Position numbers and translations under genes: made by a program. Below, piece after piece: positions 1 to 9,444 of a DNA stretch of 49,976 nt. The stretch is from the sequence record DRR723986_3131; one strand, given 5' to 3'. Position 1 is the stretch's first letter. Every line of letters begins with the position of its first letter. The notes below the pieces were generated by a model, which worked only from the letters and a program-made list of their open reading frames with translations, had not been told where the DNA came from and made no database searches.

Positions 1-50
1 AAACATAATGCTTTGTAAACCAATACACTTACTCAAATTATCAATTCTTG

Positions 51-77
51 TGTAGCGAAAAGATCACCTCATGCGTC
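51..77 (+). promoter_or_regulatory. Putative ECF-sigma promoter TGTAGCG-N16-CGTC upstream of DUF4397 gene
   Basis: TGTAGCG at 51-57 and CGTC at 74-77. The same motif and spacing recur at 3902-3928 (minus) upstream of the ECF sigma operon. CGTC is a typical ECF -10. Confidence 0.65.
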
Positions 78-113
78 TTGGTATTGATCTAAAACTAAAA
101 CCAACAAAATCGT

Positions 114-839
114 ATGATGAGTGTAAATTCATTTGCAATGAAGAATTTAAAATCACTGGCGACAGTAGCATTACTAGCCGGAACATTAGGATTAACCAGC
201 TGCTTGGATAATGACGACGACATGCTGGACTACCCAGATGCGGGTTACATTTCTATTTATAATGGCGCTCCAAGCAATGCTGGCGTCATAGTCTATGCTG
301 ATCAAAATCAGGTGAATAATTTTCCTATTAAATACAAGGAGGTTTTGGCCTACCAAAACTTCTTTCCTGGAGATAGACTATTCAAATTCTCAGATCCAAA
401 CTCTCTTACTTCCCTTTTGGAAAAAGAGTATGAAATCAAAGTAGATTCTGTTTACTCCATGTTTGTGCTGGAAGATCAAGATGAATTGGATGCTGTATTG
501 GTAGATGACGATTGGTCTGAACCAAATGCGGATGAGGCACAAATCCGAATGATTAACCTATCCCCCGATGCAGGCGCGGTAACGCTGAAACTTGATGAGG
601 TAGTTGATCCATTTTTCGAAGGGATTGCATTCAAATCAAATTCGGAGTTCGAAAGTCTGGATTCAGACACTTATAAGCTAACAGTAGTTTCAGCCACGGG
701 AGAAGTACTTGCTACCGCAACAAACGTAGAATTGATAGGAAATAGAGTTTATACGCTGGTTCTTAGAGGCTACAAGCAGTCCACAGAGAATGCTAAAAAA
801 CTTGATTTGCAATTATTAACCAACTATATAGATTACTAA
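114..839 (+). CDS. DUF4397-family lipoprotein
   Basis: Lipobox LTSC; repeated motifs (IYNGAPS, IRMINLSPDAGAV, YSMFV, YTLVLRG) typical of DUF4397. True start may be a few codons downstream (MKNLK). Confidence 0.8.
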   Translation: MMSVNSFAMKNLKSLATVALLAGTLGLTSCLDNDDDMLDYPDAGYISIYNGAPSNAGVIVYADQNQVNNFPIKYKEVLAYQNFFPGDRLFKFSDPNSLTSLLEKEYEIKVDSVYSMFVLEDQDELDAVLVDDDWSEPNADEAQIRMINLSPDAGAVTLKLDEVVDPFFEGIAFKSNSEFESLDSDTYKLTVVSATGEVLATATNVELIGNRVYTLVLRGYKQSTENAKKLDLQLLTNYIDY

Positions 840-862
840 GTAATCCCCATACCCCACAATGG

Positions 863-895
863 AAAATCCCGATCTCTATAGGTCGGGATTTTTTT
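863..895 (+). terminator. Intrinsic terminator
   Basis: AAAATCCCGA-tctctatagg-TCGGGATTTT hairpin followed by a T run, 24 nt after the stop codon. Confidence 0.75.
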
Positions 896-1280
896 GTTTT
901 TATGATTTTCCCTTCTTGAAATAACGTCGTATAAGAAAAGATGACCCAAAAAACAAGTAGTTCTGGCACACGAAGCGCCATTAAAATTATCTGTAGTTTC
1001 TGAGGTAGCGTGAGAAATTGAGTTTAAAAGCAGCCCTCACCCTTTAGACTGGCATTCATTCTCATTCTCCTGCCACAGACCGGTTTAGGAAACATAAGAA
1101 CGTTGATAGGGTAAACAAATCAACTTTAGAGATGCCTAAATCAAGGGTTTAAAAATCGTTTGAGCTCGAATAGAAAGCCCTGCTTGAGAAAGAGCTTCAA
1201 AAGTAACATTCAGGTGGTAAGACAAAAACCTCATCAGAGCGCCACTTCAAAACAGTATAAAAATCAAAACTTGCATAAAT

Positions 1281-1314
1281 AAAAATAGCACCAAGTCTAA
1301 ATCTGGTGCTATTT
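1281..1314 (-). terminator. Intrinsic terminator closing the candidate ncRNA
   Basis: AAATAGCACCA (1283-1293)/TGGTGCTATTT (1304-1314) perfect 11-bp stem; U-rich tail on the minus strand. Confidence 0.65.
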
Positions 1315-1320
1315 AATTAC

Positions 1321-1505
1321 TATGTATATCCACTATCCTTCCAGTAAGGTGCCAAAAGGGATGTAGGATATGTTAAACTTAAGAACTGAGGCCACCTTAG
1401 CCTGTCACGACAGTGTGAGAGTCTTCGGTCTTGCGGTAGCTATCGGGAGGTATTCCAACTGACAAGCAAAGAATCTAAGGTGCTGGCATCATTACGGATA
1501 ATCAT
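1321..1505 (-). ncRNA. Candidate structured RNA of about 190 nt, possibly an IS110-type non-coding end (bridge-RNA-like) without a transposase
   Basis: Two stem/internal-loop domains. Minus-strand helices: CACCUUAG/CUAAGGUG, GCUUGUCA/UGACAGGC, AUAUCC/GGAUAU, CUUUUGG/CUGGAAG. G.U pairs favour the minus strand. No ORF; followed by a terminator. Confidence 0.5.
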
Positions 1506-1622
1506 ATAATTAATCGTTGAGAACTGAAACAGATATTCAGAATTAGTCAAATTTTAAAACTTTCTAAAGGATTAAAATTGTAGGATAAGAAGGTGTACCT
1601 GATCAAAAGTAAAGTGTCTCAA

Positions 1623-3020
1623 TTACTTTCCTCCAAAATTCATCTTAAAACTCGCTCCAAATAATCCATAGGTATCTCCGTAGCCTGAGACCTGCTTCAA
1701 TTGATAATTGTAGAAAGGCATGATCACATAGTTGGCGCCTTTTGTTTCCAGTACTCGCAGATTCACTCCAAAATTCAACGTAGCAAAGGGGTAAAACCTA
1801 CCACTTTTGGACTCTAGAGAATTGTTCTCTACCACAGCCTCTTGACGGAGAGAAACGGAGGAGTTACCCATCGCATCGTTCGCATAAAAAGCCAACTGTT
1901 TCTGTACCGTGAACTCTTGAGATGCTGTTCCATTGAGCGAATAAAAGTTAGAAAAACCAGCCTGCACAGAGACAGAATTGTTTCTAGTCACAGGATATTT
2001 AACAAATACCGGAACTTCTACCTGCATCTGTTGTACTTCCAGTTTCTCCGTCTGCGGATAGTTATTCCCAAAAGACATTACCATGCTTTCTTGCTTCGCA
2101 TTTTGATTATAGTAGTTCAAGCCTAATCCAGAACCCAAGGTTAGTTTGCCAGGTAATTTTATATCTACTAGCATTCCTAGTCCGATAGAAGAAGCGGTTG
2201 CAACCTGATTATCGCTTTGGACGGCGCCAAATCCCGGAGATAAACCCATACCAAGTCCTACTGACGTTTTATCCTTTTCTATTACCGGGAAATCACTTTC
2301 GGCTACAAAAACCTCCTTTTCCTGGGGTTTTACAGATTCTTCAGCTTGAGCTAGTGCAATTTTCTCAGGTGCTTTTATCACAAGGGAAGAATTCGAAGTT
2401 TCTTCATTTTTCTCTTCCTGCAATTTGGTGATCAGTGCTTGCTCGGGCTGGTTCGCAATTGGTATTTCAGGCACTTGTACAACTGCTTTTTGATTAGCAA
2501 GCGCGGGTGATTCAGGAGAAATCGTAGCTTTTTCAGTCAGTATTGACTTTTGTTCAATATCAGGAACAATCGCTAAGGTTTTGTCTTCTGCATCTCGAAC
2601 CTCTGGAGTAAGAGTTTCTGAAGGTGTTACACCTATTGCTGGAGTCTTTGCTGGAGTCTTATCTAGATTTTTTGAATTCGATTCAATACCGGGTTCTGGA
2701 ATCGACTTTTCTACTGCAGAATCCTTAGTAGGCAATTGCTCGGAAGTAATTTCTTGTCTAATATCTGTGTTATCTGCTACCTGAACTTCACGAGCATTTT
2801 CATTAAGATTTAAAGGTAAATCAACCGAACTAATTCCTATTGCTATTAATAACAGAGAGGCTGCAACTCCTGTCGCCCAATAGGCAATAGCTTTTCGCTT
2901 GCGTTTTGCACGCATTTTCTGAAAAGCTTCCCAAGCTCCCAATTCATAGGGCACAGAGGCTTCAACCAACTTCTTTTTAAGGGAAGCAGCGATTTCCTTA
3001 TCCAGCTTATCTTCCTTCAT
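1623..3020 (-). CDS. Membrane-anchored protein with C-terminal outer-membrane beta-barrel domain (putative anti-sigma partner of the ECF sigma)
   Basis: N-terminal 'YELGAWEAF' segment, a TM helix, a low-complexity linker and a beta-barrel-like C-terminus. Overlaps the sigma gene stop, an arrangement common in Bacteroidota. Confidence 0.65.
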   Translation of the reverse strand: MKEDKLDKEIAASLKKKLVEASVPYELGAWEAFQKMRAKRKRKAIAYWATGVAASLLLIAIGISSVDLPLNLNENAREVQVADNTDIRQEITSEQLPTKDSAVEKSIPEPGIESNSKNLDKTPAKTPAIGVTPSETLTPEVRDAEDKTLAIVPDIEQKSILTEKATISPESPALANQKAVVQVPEIPIANQPEQALITKLQEEKNEETSNSSLVIKAPEKIALAQAEESVKPQEKEVFVAESDFPVIEKDKTSVGLGMGLSPGFGAVQSDNQVATASSIGLGMLVDIKLPGKLTLGSGLGLNYYNQNAKQESMVMSFGNNYPQTEKLEVQQMQVEVPVFVKYPVTRNNSVSVQAGFSNFYSLNGTASQEFTVQKQLAFYANDAMGNSSVSLRQEAVVENNSLESKSGRFYPFATLNFGVNLRVLETKGANYVIMPFYNYQLKQVSGYGDTYGLFGASFKMNFGGK

Positions 3021-3555
3021 ATTCTTTCAAGTGTAATGATACTAATTTGCGAAGCTCAGACTTTGCACGCGCTAGATAGACTCTGGAAGAGCTTTCCGTC
3101 AAGCCTAGTTTCTCGCCAATTTCTTTATGACTATAGCCTTCGATCTCGTAGAGATTGAAAACCATTTTGTGATCCTCCTGCAATAGATTAATTAGATTGA
3201 TGATGTCCTGAAATGCTAGATCCTGAAGCGCATTAACCTCATGAAATACTCCAGTTTCTTCCGCCACATCGGTTTGATTCTGAAATTTCTTCTGCTTCCT
3301 GAAATAGTCAATGGCAGTGTTTACTGTGATGCGACGTAGCCAAGCTTTCACAGACTGGAAGTCGTCAAACTTCTTGATCGATCCGAAAAACTTCATAAAA
3401 GAGTCATTCGTAATCTCATCGGCCAAGGCCTTTTCTTTAGAATAGGACAGACTGATACCCATGACATAGCCATAGTATTTTTTATAGAATACTTCTTCGT
3501 ACTTAGCCGATCGTCGTTTGCAACCTTCAATCAGCTCCTGATCAGTCCACTTCAA
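3007..3555 (-). CDS. ECF RNA polymerase sigma-70 factor
   Basis: Region 2 'WLRRITVNTAID' and region 4 'FNLYEIEGYSHKEIGEKLGLTESSSR'. Confidence 0.95.
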   Translation of the reverse strand: MKWTDQELIEGCKRRSAKYEEVFYKKYYGYVMGISLSYSKEKALADEITNDSFMKFFGSIKKFDDFQSVKAWLRRITVNTAIDYFRKQKKFQNQTDVAEETGVFHEVNALQDLAFQDIINLINLLQEDHKMVFNLYEIEGYSHKEIGEKLGLTESSSRVYLARAKSELRKLVSLHLKEYEGR

Positions 3556-3621
3556 TTCAAACCTATTAATCTATGGTTTACGACACCCAATTAGGGGTCG
3601 GAATTTTCATTTTTTAGCTAT

Positions 3622-3885
3622 TCATCTCGGCACTAATTCACCGACTTTTGTTGCTGATTCTTTCTCCCTCAAAGCTTCTCCTGCTTTATTATACACATTC
3701 TTTCCTGAGGAGTTCATACAATCTGCTATTCCTTCCAAATTTTGAGGATAGGTAGATGTAGTAACAAAACTAGCCCCTTCCATCCTAATTCCAGATCCCT
3801 TAACAATTGAGTCATTATCCGAGCCAGCATTTAGTGCGCTGCTCGCAAATATCAATATCAGATAGATCTTTAGAAGTGTCTTCAT
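3622..3885 (-). CDS. Small hypothetical secreted protein (87 aa)
   Basis: Signal-peptide-like N-terminus; co-oriented upstream of sigma and directly downstream of the ECF-type promoter. Confidence 0.55.
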   Translation of the reverse strand: MKTLLKIYLILIFASSALNAGSDNDSIVKGSGIRMEGASFVTTSTYPQNLEGIADCMNSSGKNVYNKAGEALREKESATKVGELVPR

Positions 3886-3901
3886 CTTGCTTTATTACCC
3901 T

Positions 3902-3928
3902 GACGGAAAGCTTGGGGAATACGCTACA
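3902..3928 (-). promoter_or_regulatory. Putative ECF-sigma (autoregulatory) promoter TGTAGCG-N16-CGTC
   Basis: Minus strand reads TGTAGCG tattccccaagctttc CGTC, ending 16 nt before the ATG at 3885. Identical boxes and spacer length to 51-77. Confidence 0.65.
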
Positions 3929-4018
3929 CCTTAGCCGAATTATTTTAGGAGGTGATCTGAAAAATAAAAAAATTAATTCTTCCATTTAGGCCGACTAAAC
4001 CTTTCCAAATCTCAAAAC

Positions 4019-4030
4019 TGATAAAAGTCA
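4019..4030. promoter_or_regulatory. Possible FNR/CRP-family operator TGAT-AAAA-GTCA
   Basis: Near-palindrome resembling the FNR core TGAT-N4-ATCA, about 90 nt upstream of the 601-aa gene. Confidence 0.35.
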
Positions 4031-4119
4031 CTCAGTTCACTGAGTTCTAACAGACTAATGAAAAACTGCTGAAGCTAGCTTTACTTTTTCTAAATCTAGT
4101 AAAATTCCGATCGATCAAA

Positions 4120-5925
4120 ATGCCAAATTATAGCTCCGCACATAGCTTCCATATACCTGTAATGGGACTTGGATATACAGTAGATACTCCAATCAAAGTA
4201 GCCAAGTATGGGATCTCCAGTGTAGTCTCCATAATGGATGATCACTTGCTGGAAGACATGCGTAAAATCTACTCAACTAAATATGTTCGAGAATTCATTC
4301 CTATCTCCGAATTGGAGGAAGACTACCGGGCAAAGCGTATCACGGCTTACCTCGATTTGACTCAATCAATTGTTGAAGAGCAATTCAATAAATTAGTGAA
4401 TGAAGACTGGGAAACCAATACAGAATTCCGAAAATATCTCGACCTACTACCAGAAGAATCGCCTATCCTAAACCTTGTAAAAAAAATAGAAAGCAGTCCT
4501 GAGTCTGAAAAATTCCATCTGAAAGAGGAGTTCAAATCCATGATGAATGTGGGAGCTGTAGATGTGAACATCATGACGAAAGTAGACAAAATAAATTCTG
4601 ATAAATCAGGTAAGGAATTGCCGAGGGAATACTCGGATGCCTTGTCAGCTTTAAGAGGATTTGCGCATAGCAAAGCGAATGGATCCGTAGTATTTTCCGC
4701 AGGAATGAACCCTGCTTTGTACAGTTATGCAGAACAATTCCCTGAGTTTTTCCCGAATCAATTTGGTGAAATTTCGAAAGGAATTATCCTAAAAGTGAGT
4801 GACTATAGATCAGCTTTGATCCAAGGAAAGTTCTTGGCAAAGAAAGGTCTTTGGGTTTCGGAATTCAGAATTGAGTCAGGCTTGAACTGTGGCGGACACG
4901 CTTTTGCTACAGATGGATTTCTGATCGGACAGATTTTAGAGGAGTTCAAAAGCAACAGAAATGAGCTTTTTCAAACACTTTATGAAATATGCCAAAATTC
5001 TCTGGAAAGCAAAGAGTTAAACACACTTTCAAAAAGCCCTACTTTCAGGATAACTTACCAAGGTGGAATCGGTACGGCAAGCGAAGATTCCTTCTTGCGC
5101 GAGTATTATGAGCTCGATGGAACGGGTTGGGGCAGTCCATTTCTTTTGGTCCCCGAGGCTACTTCTGTAGATGAAGACACCCTGGAGCGCTTGTTCAAAT
5201 CCAAAAAATCTGACTATTACCTCAGCGATGCATCTCCTCTCGGCGTGCCTTTCAATAACCTCCGAACATCCTCCGGAGAAGAGCAGCGCATGAAGAGAAT
5301 TGAAAATAATCGCTCAGGAAGTCCCTGCTATAAAAAGTTCCTCTCCAATAATTCTGAGTTCACAGCTAAGCCGATTTGCACTGCTTCCAGACAATACCAA
5401 TTTTTAAAATCTAAGCAGTTTGAAACAGGTGAATTTGGGTTTGAAGAGATGGAAAAAGTGAAAGCAAAAGACTGTCTTTGCGAAGGCCTCAGCGCACCGG
5501 CGATTTTAGCAGCAGGAGAAACGCCGCGTAGAAATCTTAAGGCAGTTACGATTTGCCCTGGGCCAAACCTAGCTTATTTCAAAGGCACTTTCTCACTAAA
5601 AGAAATGGTAGATCACATCTATGGAAAGTTAAGCCTCAATGTCGATACTGACCGACCACATGTTCTAGTGAAAGAGCTCCAATTATATGTCACTTATTTG
5701 AAAAAGGAATTTGAAAACAAGGTGACAGAGAAGGTTGCCAAGAGGGATGCATACTTAGAAAAATTCAGAAACAATCTGATCCAAGGAGTAGAATATTATC
5801 AGGAATTGATCGACAAAGTAGAAGTAGATTCAAGTGCAATTCTTGCAAAAATGTCTGATCAATTTTCAAAAATTAAAAGCGAAATAGAACTCTTAAGTAA
5901 GCCAGTTGAGGCTAGTCTTACGTAA
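4120..5925 (+). CDS. Conserved Bacteroidota hypothetical protein, probable FMN-linked TIM-barrel oxidoreductase-like
   Basis: Motifs 'ESGLNCGGHAF', 'QGGIGT', 'GWGSPFL' resemble nitronate monooxygenase/FabK-type FMN barrels; Cys-rich C-terminal half (PCYKK, ICTAS, CLCEG, ICPGP). Confidence 0.6.
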   Translation: MPNYSSAHSFHIPVMGLGYTVDTPIKVAKYGISSVVSIMDDHLLEDMRKIYSTKYVREFIPISELEEDYRAKRITAYLDLTQSIVEEQFNKLVNEDWETNTEFRKYLDLLPEESPILNLVKKIESSPESEKFHLKEEFKSMMNVGAVDVNIMTKVDKINSDKSGKELPREYSDALSALRGFAHSKANGSVVFSAGMNPALYSYAEQFPEFFPNQFGEISKGIILKVSDYRSALIQGKFLAKKGLWVSEFRIESGLNCGGHAFATDGFLIGQILEEFKSNRNELFQTLYEICQNSLESKELNTLSKSPTFRITYQGGIGTASEDSFLREYYELDGTGWGSPFLLVPEATSVDEDTLERLFKSKKSDYYLSDASPLGVPFNNLRTSSGEEQRMKRIENNRSGSPCYKKFLSNNSEFTAKPICTASRQYQFLKSKQFETGEFGFEEMEKVKAKDCLCEGLSAPAILAAGETPRRNLKAVTICPGPNLAYFKGTFSLKEMVDHIYGKLSLNVDTDRPHVLVKELQLYVTYLKKEFENKVTEKVAKRDAYLEKFRNNLIQGVEYYQELIDKVEVDSSAILAKMSDQFSKIKSEIELLSKPVEASLT

Positions 5926-5983
5926 CGTACTCGAGCTGTTTCAAAAATCATTTTTAACCCAGATAACCAAGAAAAGCTGAAAG

Positions 5984-6337
5984 CTAATCGAGCCATGATT
6001 CTGCCAAGTTGCGGTCACGGAAAGAAAATGCTTTCAGCTTACTTTTACACATCAAGCTATTTAAGAAAGCCACTAGGAAGCTTAGCCAGAAACTGTCTGT
6101 AAGCATCGCGTATTTGGAAAGCTTTGGTAGCATGTGAATGTCTCCGTAAATGGCATTTTTGAATGCTTCTAGGCTTTCATAACCCTTGAATGAGGTTACG
6201 ATTGCCAAAACTTTTATAGTCTTATTGGCAGCAAGCTTATCTCTCGCTATCTGTAACTCGCGCGTGTCATCAACTGTGATGACTCCATCGATCACATAGC
6301 GTAGCAGCCCTTCTTCTATAGAATAATTTACCTCCAT
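5984..6337 (-). CDS. SpoIIAA-like (STAS/SEC14) protein
   Basis: 117 aa; 'IDGVITVDD', 'KYAMLTDSFW', terminal 'AESWL' pattern. Confidence 0.7.
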   Translation of the reverse strand: MEVNYSIEEGLLRYVIDGVITVDDTRELQIARDKLAANKTIKVLAIVTSFKGYESLEAFKNAIYGDIHMLPKLSKYAMLTDSFWLSFLVAFLNSLMCKSKLKAFSFRDRNLAESWLD

Positions 6338-6398
6338 CTACCTTACTAACAACGATTGAGGCTGTTTTGATTATCGGTCAATAAATATCTAAGAATAC

Positions 6399-9005
6399 TT
6401 ACTCGGATTTAAGAATGACGGCTGGATTCGCTTTGACTATTTTCCAAATCTGCGAGCCAACAGTACCTGCGACTACCAGCAATAGAAGCACCAAACCAGT
6501 ACCTATTGGCAAAACGCCCACTCCAGAATGGAAAGCAAAAAAACTATCTAGAAAGTTAGAGATAATCAGGATAGAAAAAGCTCCACCTAATACTCCTGCA
6601 ATTCCCCAAATAATCAGGTAACGCTTGTACAATTTCACAGACAAATCTCCCATATCGGCTCCAAAAACCTTTCTGACACAGTAATCCTTGATGTGCGAAT
6701 TCATATTCAAGGAAACCAATCCAAAAAGCCCCAGCGCTGCCAATAGGACGGCAAGAATGGCCGAGAATAATAGAATATTCCTTACTCCCTCCACATCTGA
6801 AAATTCCCGCTCAAATACCTCGGTTTGCAATTTTCCCTCAAAAAGTCCTCTAGGAACTGTCTCATGCCAAATCTTTTTGACAGATGCCATAGTCGTCTCA
6901 GCACTTCCATCTGTCACTTGGAGGGTAAGGTAGTTAAATGTCGTGTCTGGAGAAGCTCTGATAACCATGGGGTCAATAGCACTTTGGAAGAAAATCGTAT
7001 GAAAATCCTCCACCACACCTACGACTGTATAGTTCACACTGTCGAGCGTTATCTTTTCGGATAGAGGAAATTCCAGTCCCAGTTGATCTAAGAAAGTTTG
7101 GTTCACAATAACCGATTCCTGCGTATCAGAAATTAAATCAGAATTGAACAAGCGGCCTTGTTTGAGCTGCAGACCCAGTAGTTCAGGATAATTAGCTTCT
7201 GCATTTAGTAGGCTTATTTCATATTTTTCTTGACCAAAATCCAACACTTCTTCCCGTATCCAATTCCCCACATAATCCTGACTTCCGCTAACTTCTGTCA
7301 CAGAAGCAAGTGCAGAAAGCTTGTTTTTGAGTGGCAAATAATCCTCCTGATTTGGCACATTCACGATGATTTTATCTGCACTAGCGTATCCCCAGTCCCT
7401 ATTCGAATTGATGTAGTTCGTCTGCACAAAAGCAATTCCGGCTACAATACTTATGATCGCCAAGGTAAATTGAAAAGTGAGCAATACACTGGTAAAAGTA
7501 CTTTTACTGCCTATTTTCTGATTGCCTTTTAGTATGTTGATAGGCTTAAAAGATGACACATAGATCGCTGGATAAAGACCGGAAATGAGGGTAATAGACA
7601 CTAACATACCACCCATAAACATCCAGATAAACGGATCTCTAAGCAGATCAATTTTCAGGTTCTTGGAGGCAATTTCATTAAAACCTGGAAGGAAAATAAA
7701 GCCAGCTAACAAACAACCCAAAATCATGGCAAATAAGCAGACCATCAGATTTTCGCTCAAAAATTGGAATACCAACTGGCTTCTTCTACTACCTATTACC
7801 TTTCGAATACCAATTTCCTTAAGTCTTTTGGAAGCCATTAACACCGAAATGTTGACGTAATTGAAAATTGCGAGAATAATAATGAATAACCCTATCGCAC
7901 CAAGCAGTATCTGTGGCCCCAGCCCTAAAAAATCTCTGACACCATTTTCAATTTCACCCACTTTATAAACCAAATCAGAGAACGCAACCAGTTCTAGTTT
8001 CTGATAGGGCTTTTCCGGATTGACTTGATTTTGAATCTTAGTCAAAGAAATAAGTCCTGACTCCATTTGTGCAATATCAGCTCCCTTCTCCACTTGGATA
8101 AAAGTCCATAATTCATCTCTCCAGCTATCTTTAAGCGAGATATCATCCGTAGAAACAGGATGCGTCTCAATATTAACCAAGAGGTCAAAGGTGAACATAT
8201 CCATATCATGCAGATCAGCCAACACTCCTCCGACTTTGTATAATTTCTCCTCCCCATTTGTCACCAAGGAAAGCTCCTGTCCTATCGGATGTGTATCACC
8301 AAAAAGTTTATCTGAAAGTTCATGGGTCAAAATCACTTGACTTGGATCATCCAATGCGCCCGGATATCCGTAATCCATTCGGTACACAAACATCTCCATA
8401 AATGTGGGATCTACATATAAGGAACGTTGATTGTAACTTTCATTCTTTTGAATCAAAATAGGAAAGTCGCGCATCACTTGAGCAGTCCGCTGAATCATGT
8501 TCAACTTATCAGGAATCATCTCTGCTAGTGGGCGTCCTACTGATCCATAAGTAACCAACCCATTCTCGCCTTCAGCGGTATAGGTCAGTTGATAAATCTC
8601 ATCCTTGTTAGGCTGGTGAAGGCCTTTAAACCAAATATTTGCTATAAACAAGTAAGCCACCATGCAGCATCCCACTGCAGCGGCAAGGCCAAACACAGAG
8701 ATGAATGTGGTTCCTTTTTGCTTAACTAGATTCCTCCAGCCAATTTTAAAGTAGTTCTTCAGCATAGCACCTTGATTATAGGATTGATAAGTTGAGTTGG
8801 ACTTTTTGATATTATTCCATCTGAAAAAGCTGAGTACATGGATAAAAAATCTAAAACGGGCGAAAGCGAGCCCCTTTTCTTCCAGATTCATGTAGAAAAT
8901 CTCATAAGCATCTCCTTGAATCTGCTCCAATCGACTGGGAGTGCAGTAGAACTCCAGAAATCGGTCAGGCCATTTGGGCGGAAAATGCTTCTGTTTAGTG
9001 TCCAT
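6399..9005 (-). CDS. MacB/FtsX-type ABC permease with N-terminal permease-prefix domain
   Basis: 'PPKWPDRFLEFYC...IQGD' prefix, then 'MLKNYFKIGWRNL', 'KEIGIRKVIG', terminal 'NPAVILKSE'. Confidence 0.92.
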   Translation of the reverse strand: MDTKQKHFPPKWPDRFLEFYCTPSRLEQIQGDAYEIFYMNLEEKGLAFARFRFFIHVLSFFRWNNIKKSNSTYQSYNQGAMLKNYFKIGWRNLVKQKGTTFISVFGLAAAVGCCMVAYLFIANIWFKGLHQPNKDEIYQLTYTAEGENGLVTYGSVGRPLAEMIPDKLNMIQRTAQVMRDFPILIQKNESYNQRSLYVDPTFMEMFVYRMDYGYPGALDDPSQVILTHELSDKLFGDTHPIGQELSLVTNGEEKLYKVGGVLADLHDMDMFTFDLLVNIETHPVSTDDISLKDSWRDELWTFIQVEKGADIAQMESGLISLTKIQNQVNPEKPYQKLELVAFSDLVYKVGEIENGVRDFLGLGPQILLGAIGLFIIILAIFNYVNISVLMASKRLKEIGIRKVIGSRRSQLVFQFLSENLMVCLFAMILGCLLAGFIFLPGFNEIASKNLKIDLLRDPFIWMFMGGMLVSITLISGLYPAIYVSSFKPINILKGNQKIGSKSTFTSVLLTFQFTLAIISIVAGIAFVQTNYINSNRDWGYASADKIIVNVPNQEDYLPLKNKLSALASVTEVSGSQDYVGNWIREEVLDFGQEKYEISLLNAEANYPELLGLQLKQGRLFNSDLISDTQESVIVNQTFLDQLGLEFPLSEKITLDSVNYTVVGVVEDFHTIFFQSAIDPMVIRASPDTTFNYLTLQVTDGSAETTMASVKKIWHETVPRGLFEGKLQTEVFEREFSDVEGVRNILLFSAILAVLLAALGLFGLVSLNMNSHIKDYCVRKVFGADMGDLSVKLYKRYLIIWGIAGVLGGAFSILIISNFLDSFFAFHSGVGVLPIGTGLVLLLLVVAGTVGSQIWKIVKANPAVILKSE

Positions 9006-9336
9006 AGGAAAAATCTAAAGCAAGCGGAGGAATCTGGTCATACATTTTATTTCGGAGAGTTTTCACTTCCTCAATAGCTGCTCGACCCGTAGCAGACAGC
9101 GTAAACAATCGTTTTCTCCTACCACCTCTTTCTTCAGTTGCCCCACCCATTTCTGATTTGAGAAATCCTTTATCCTCCAGACGATTCAAAACCGTATGAA
9201 TAGCCGAAATGTTAACCTTTCTTCCTGTCTGGTTTTTGATTTCCTCCAATACGGAAACACCATAAGCTTCCTGATCTAAAATCCCTACAGTCAAAAGAAT
9301 CAACTCTTCCAATTCACCCAAATGATAACCTTTCAT
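8995..9336 (-). CDS. PadR-family transcriptional regulator
   Basis: 'LGELEELILL', 'AYGVSV', 'LNRLEDKG', 'RGGRRKRLF'; overlaps the permease start. Confidence 0.92.
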   Translation of the reverse strand: MKGYHLGELEELILLTVGILDQEAYGVSVLEEIKNQTGRKVNISAIHTVLNRLEDKGFLKSEMGGATEERGGRRKRLFTLSATGRAAIEEVKTLRNKMYDQIPPLALDFSYGH

Positions 9337-9389
9337 ATTCGTAATCTATTTTATTTACAAAAGTAAATGTAATAGATTACTTTCATATT
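9330..9389 (-). promoter_or_regulatory. PadR promoter/operator: 40-bp inverted repeat centred on a TAnnTTTG -7 element
   Basis: GTAATCTATT (9341-9350)/AATAGATTAC (9371-9380); minus-strand TACTTTTG at 9358-9365; direct repeat CTTTCATATT at 9330 and 9380. Confidence 0.6.
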
Positions 9390-9413
9390 TGTAGAATTAA
9401 TGGGTATAAAATA

Positions 9414-9444
9414 AAAAAGACTACCTCATTACTGAAGTAGTCTT
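9414..9444 (-). terminator. Intrinsic terminator after sulfatase
   Basis: AAGACTAC/GTAGTCTT stem; the A-run on + gives a U-tail on minus. Confidence 0.6.

Noticed and set aside
793-981. Short ORFs 793-981, 3807-3989, 36493-36708, 42533-42739 and the many antisense ORFs inside long genes
   Set aside because: They overlap terminators, promoters or well-supported opposite-strand genes and lack protein-like features.
3927-3936. CACCTTAGCC shared with the candidate RNA (1393-1402) as a possible target
   Set aside because: A 10-nt match is expected by chance in 50 kb, and it lies in a helix of the RNA rather than a loop.
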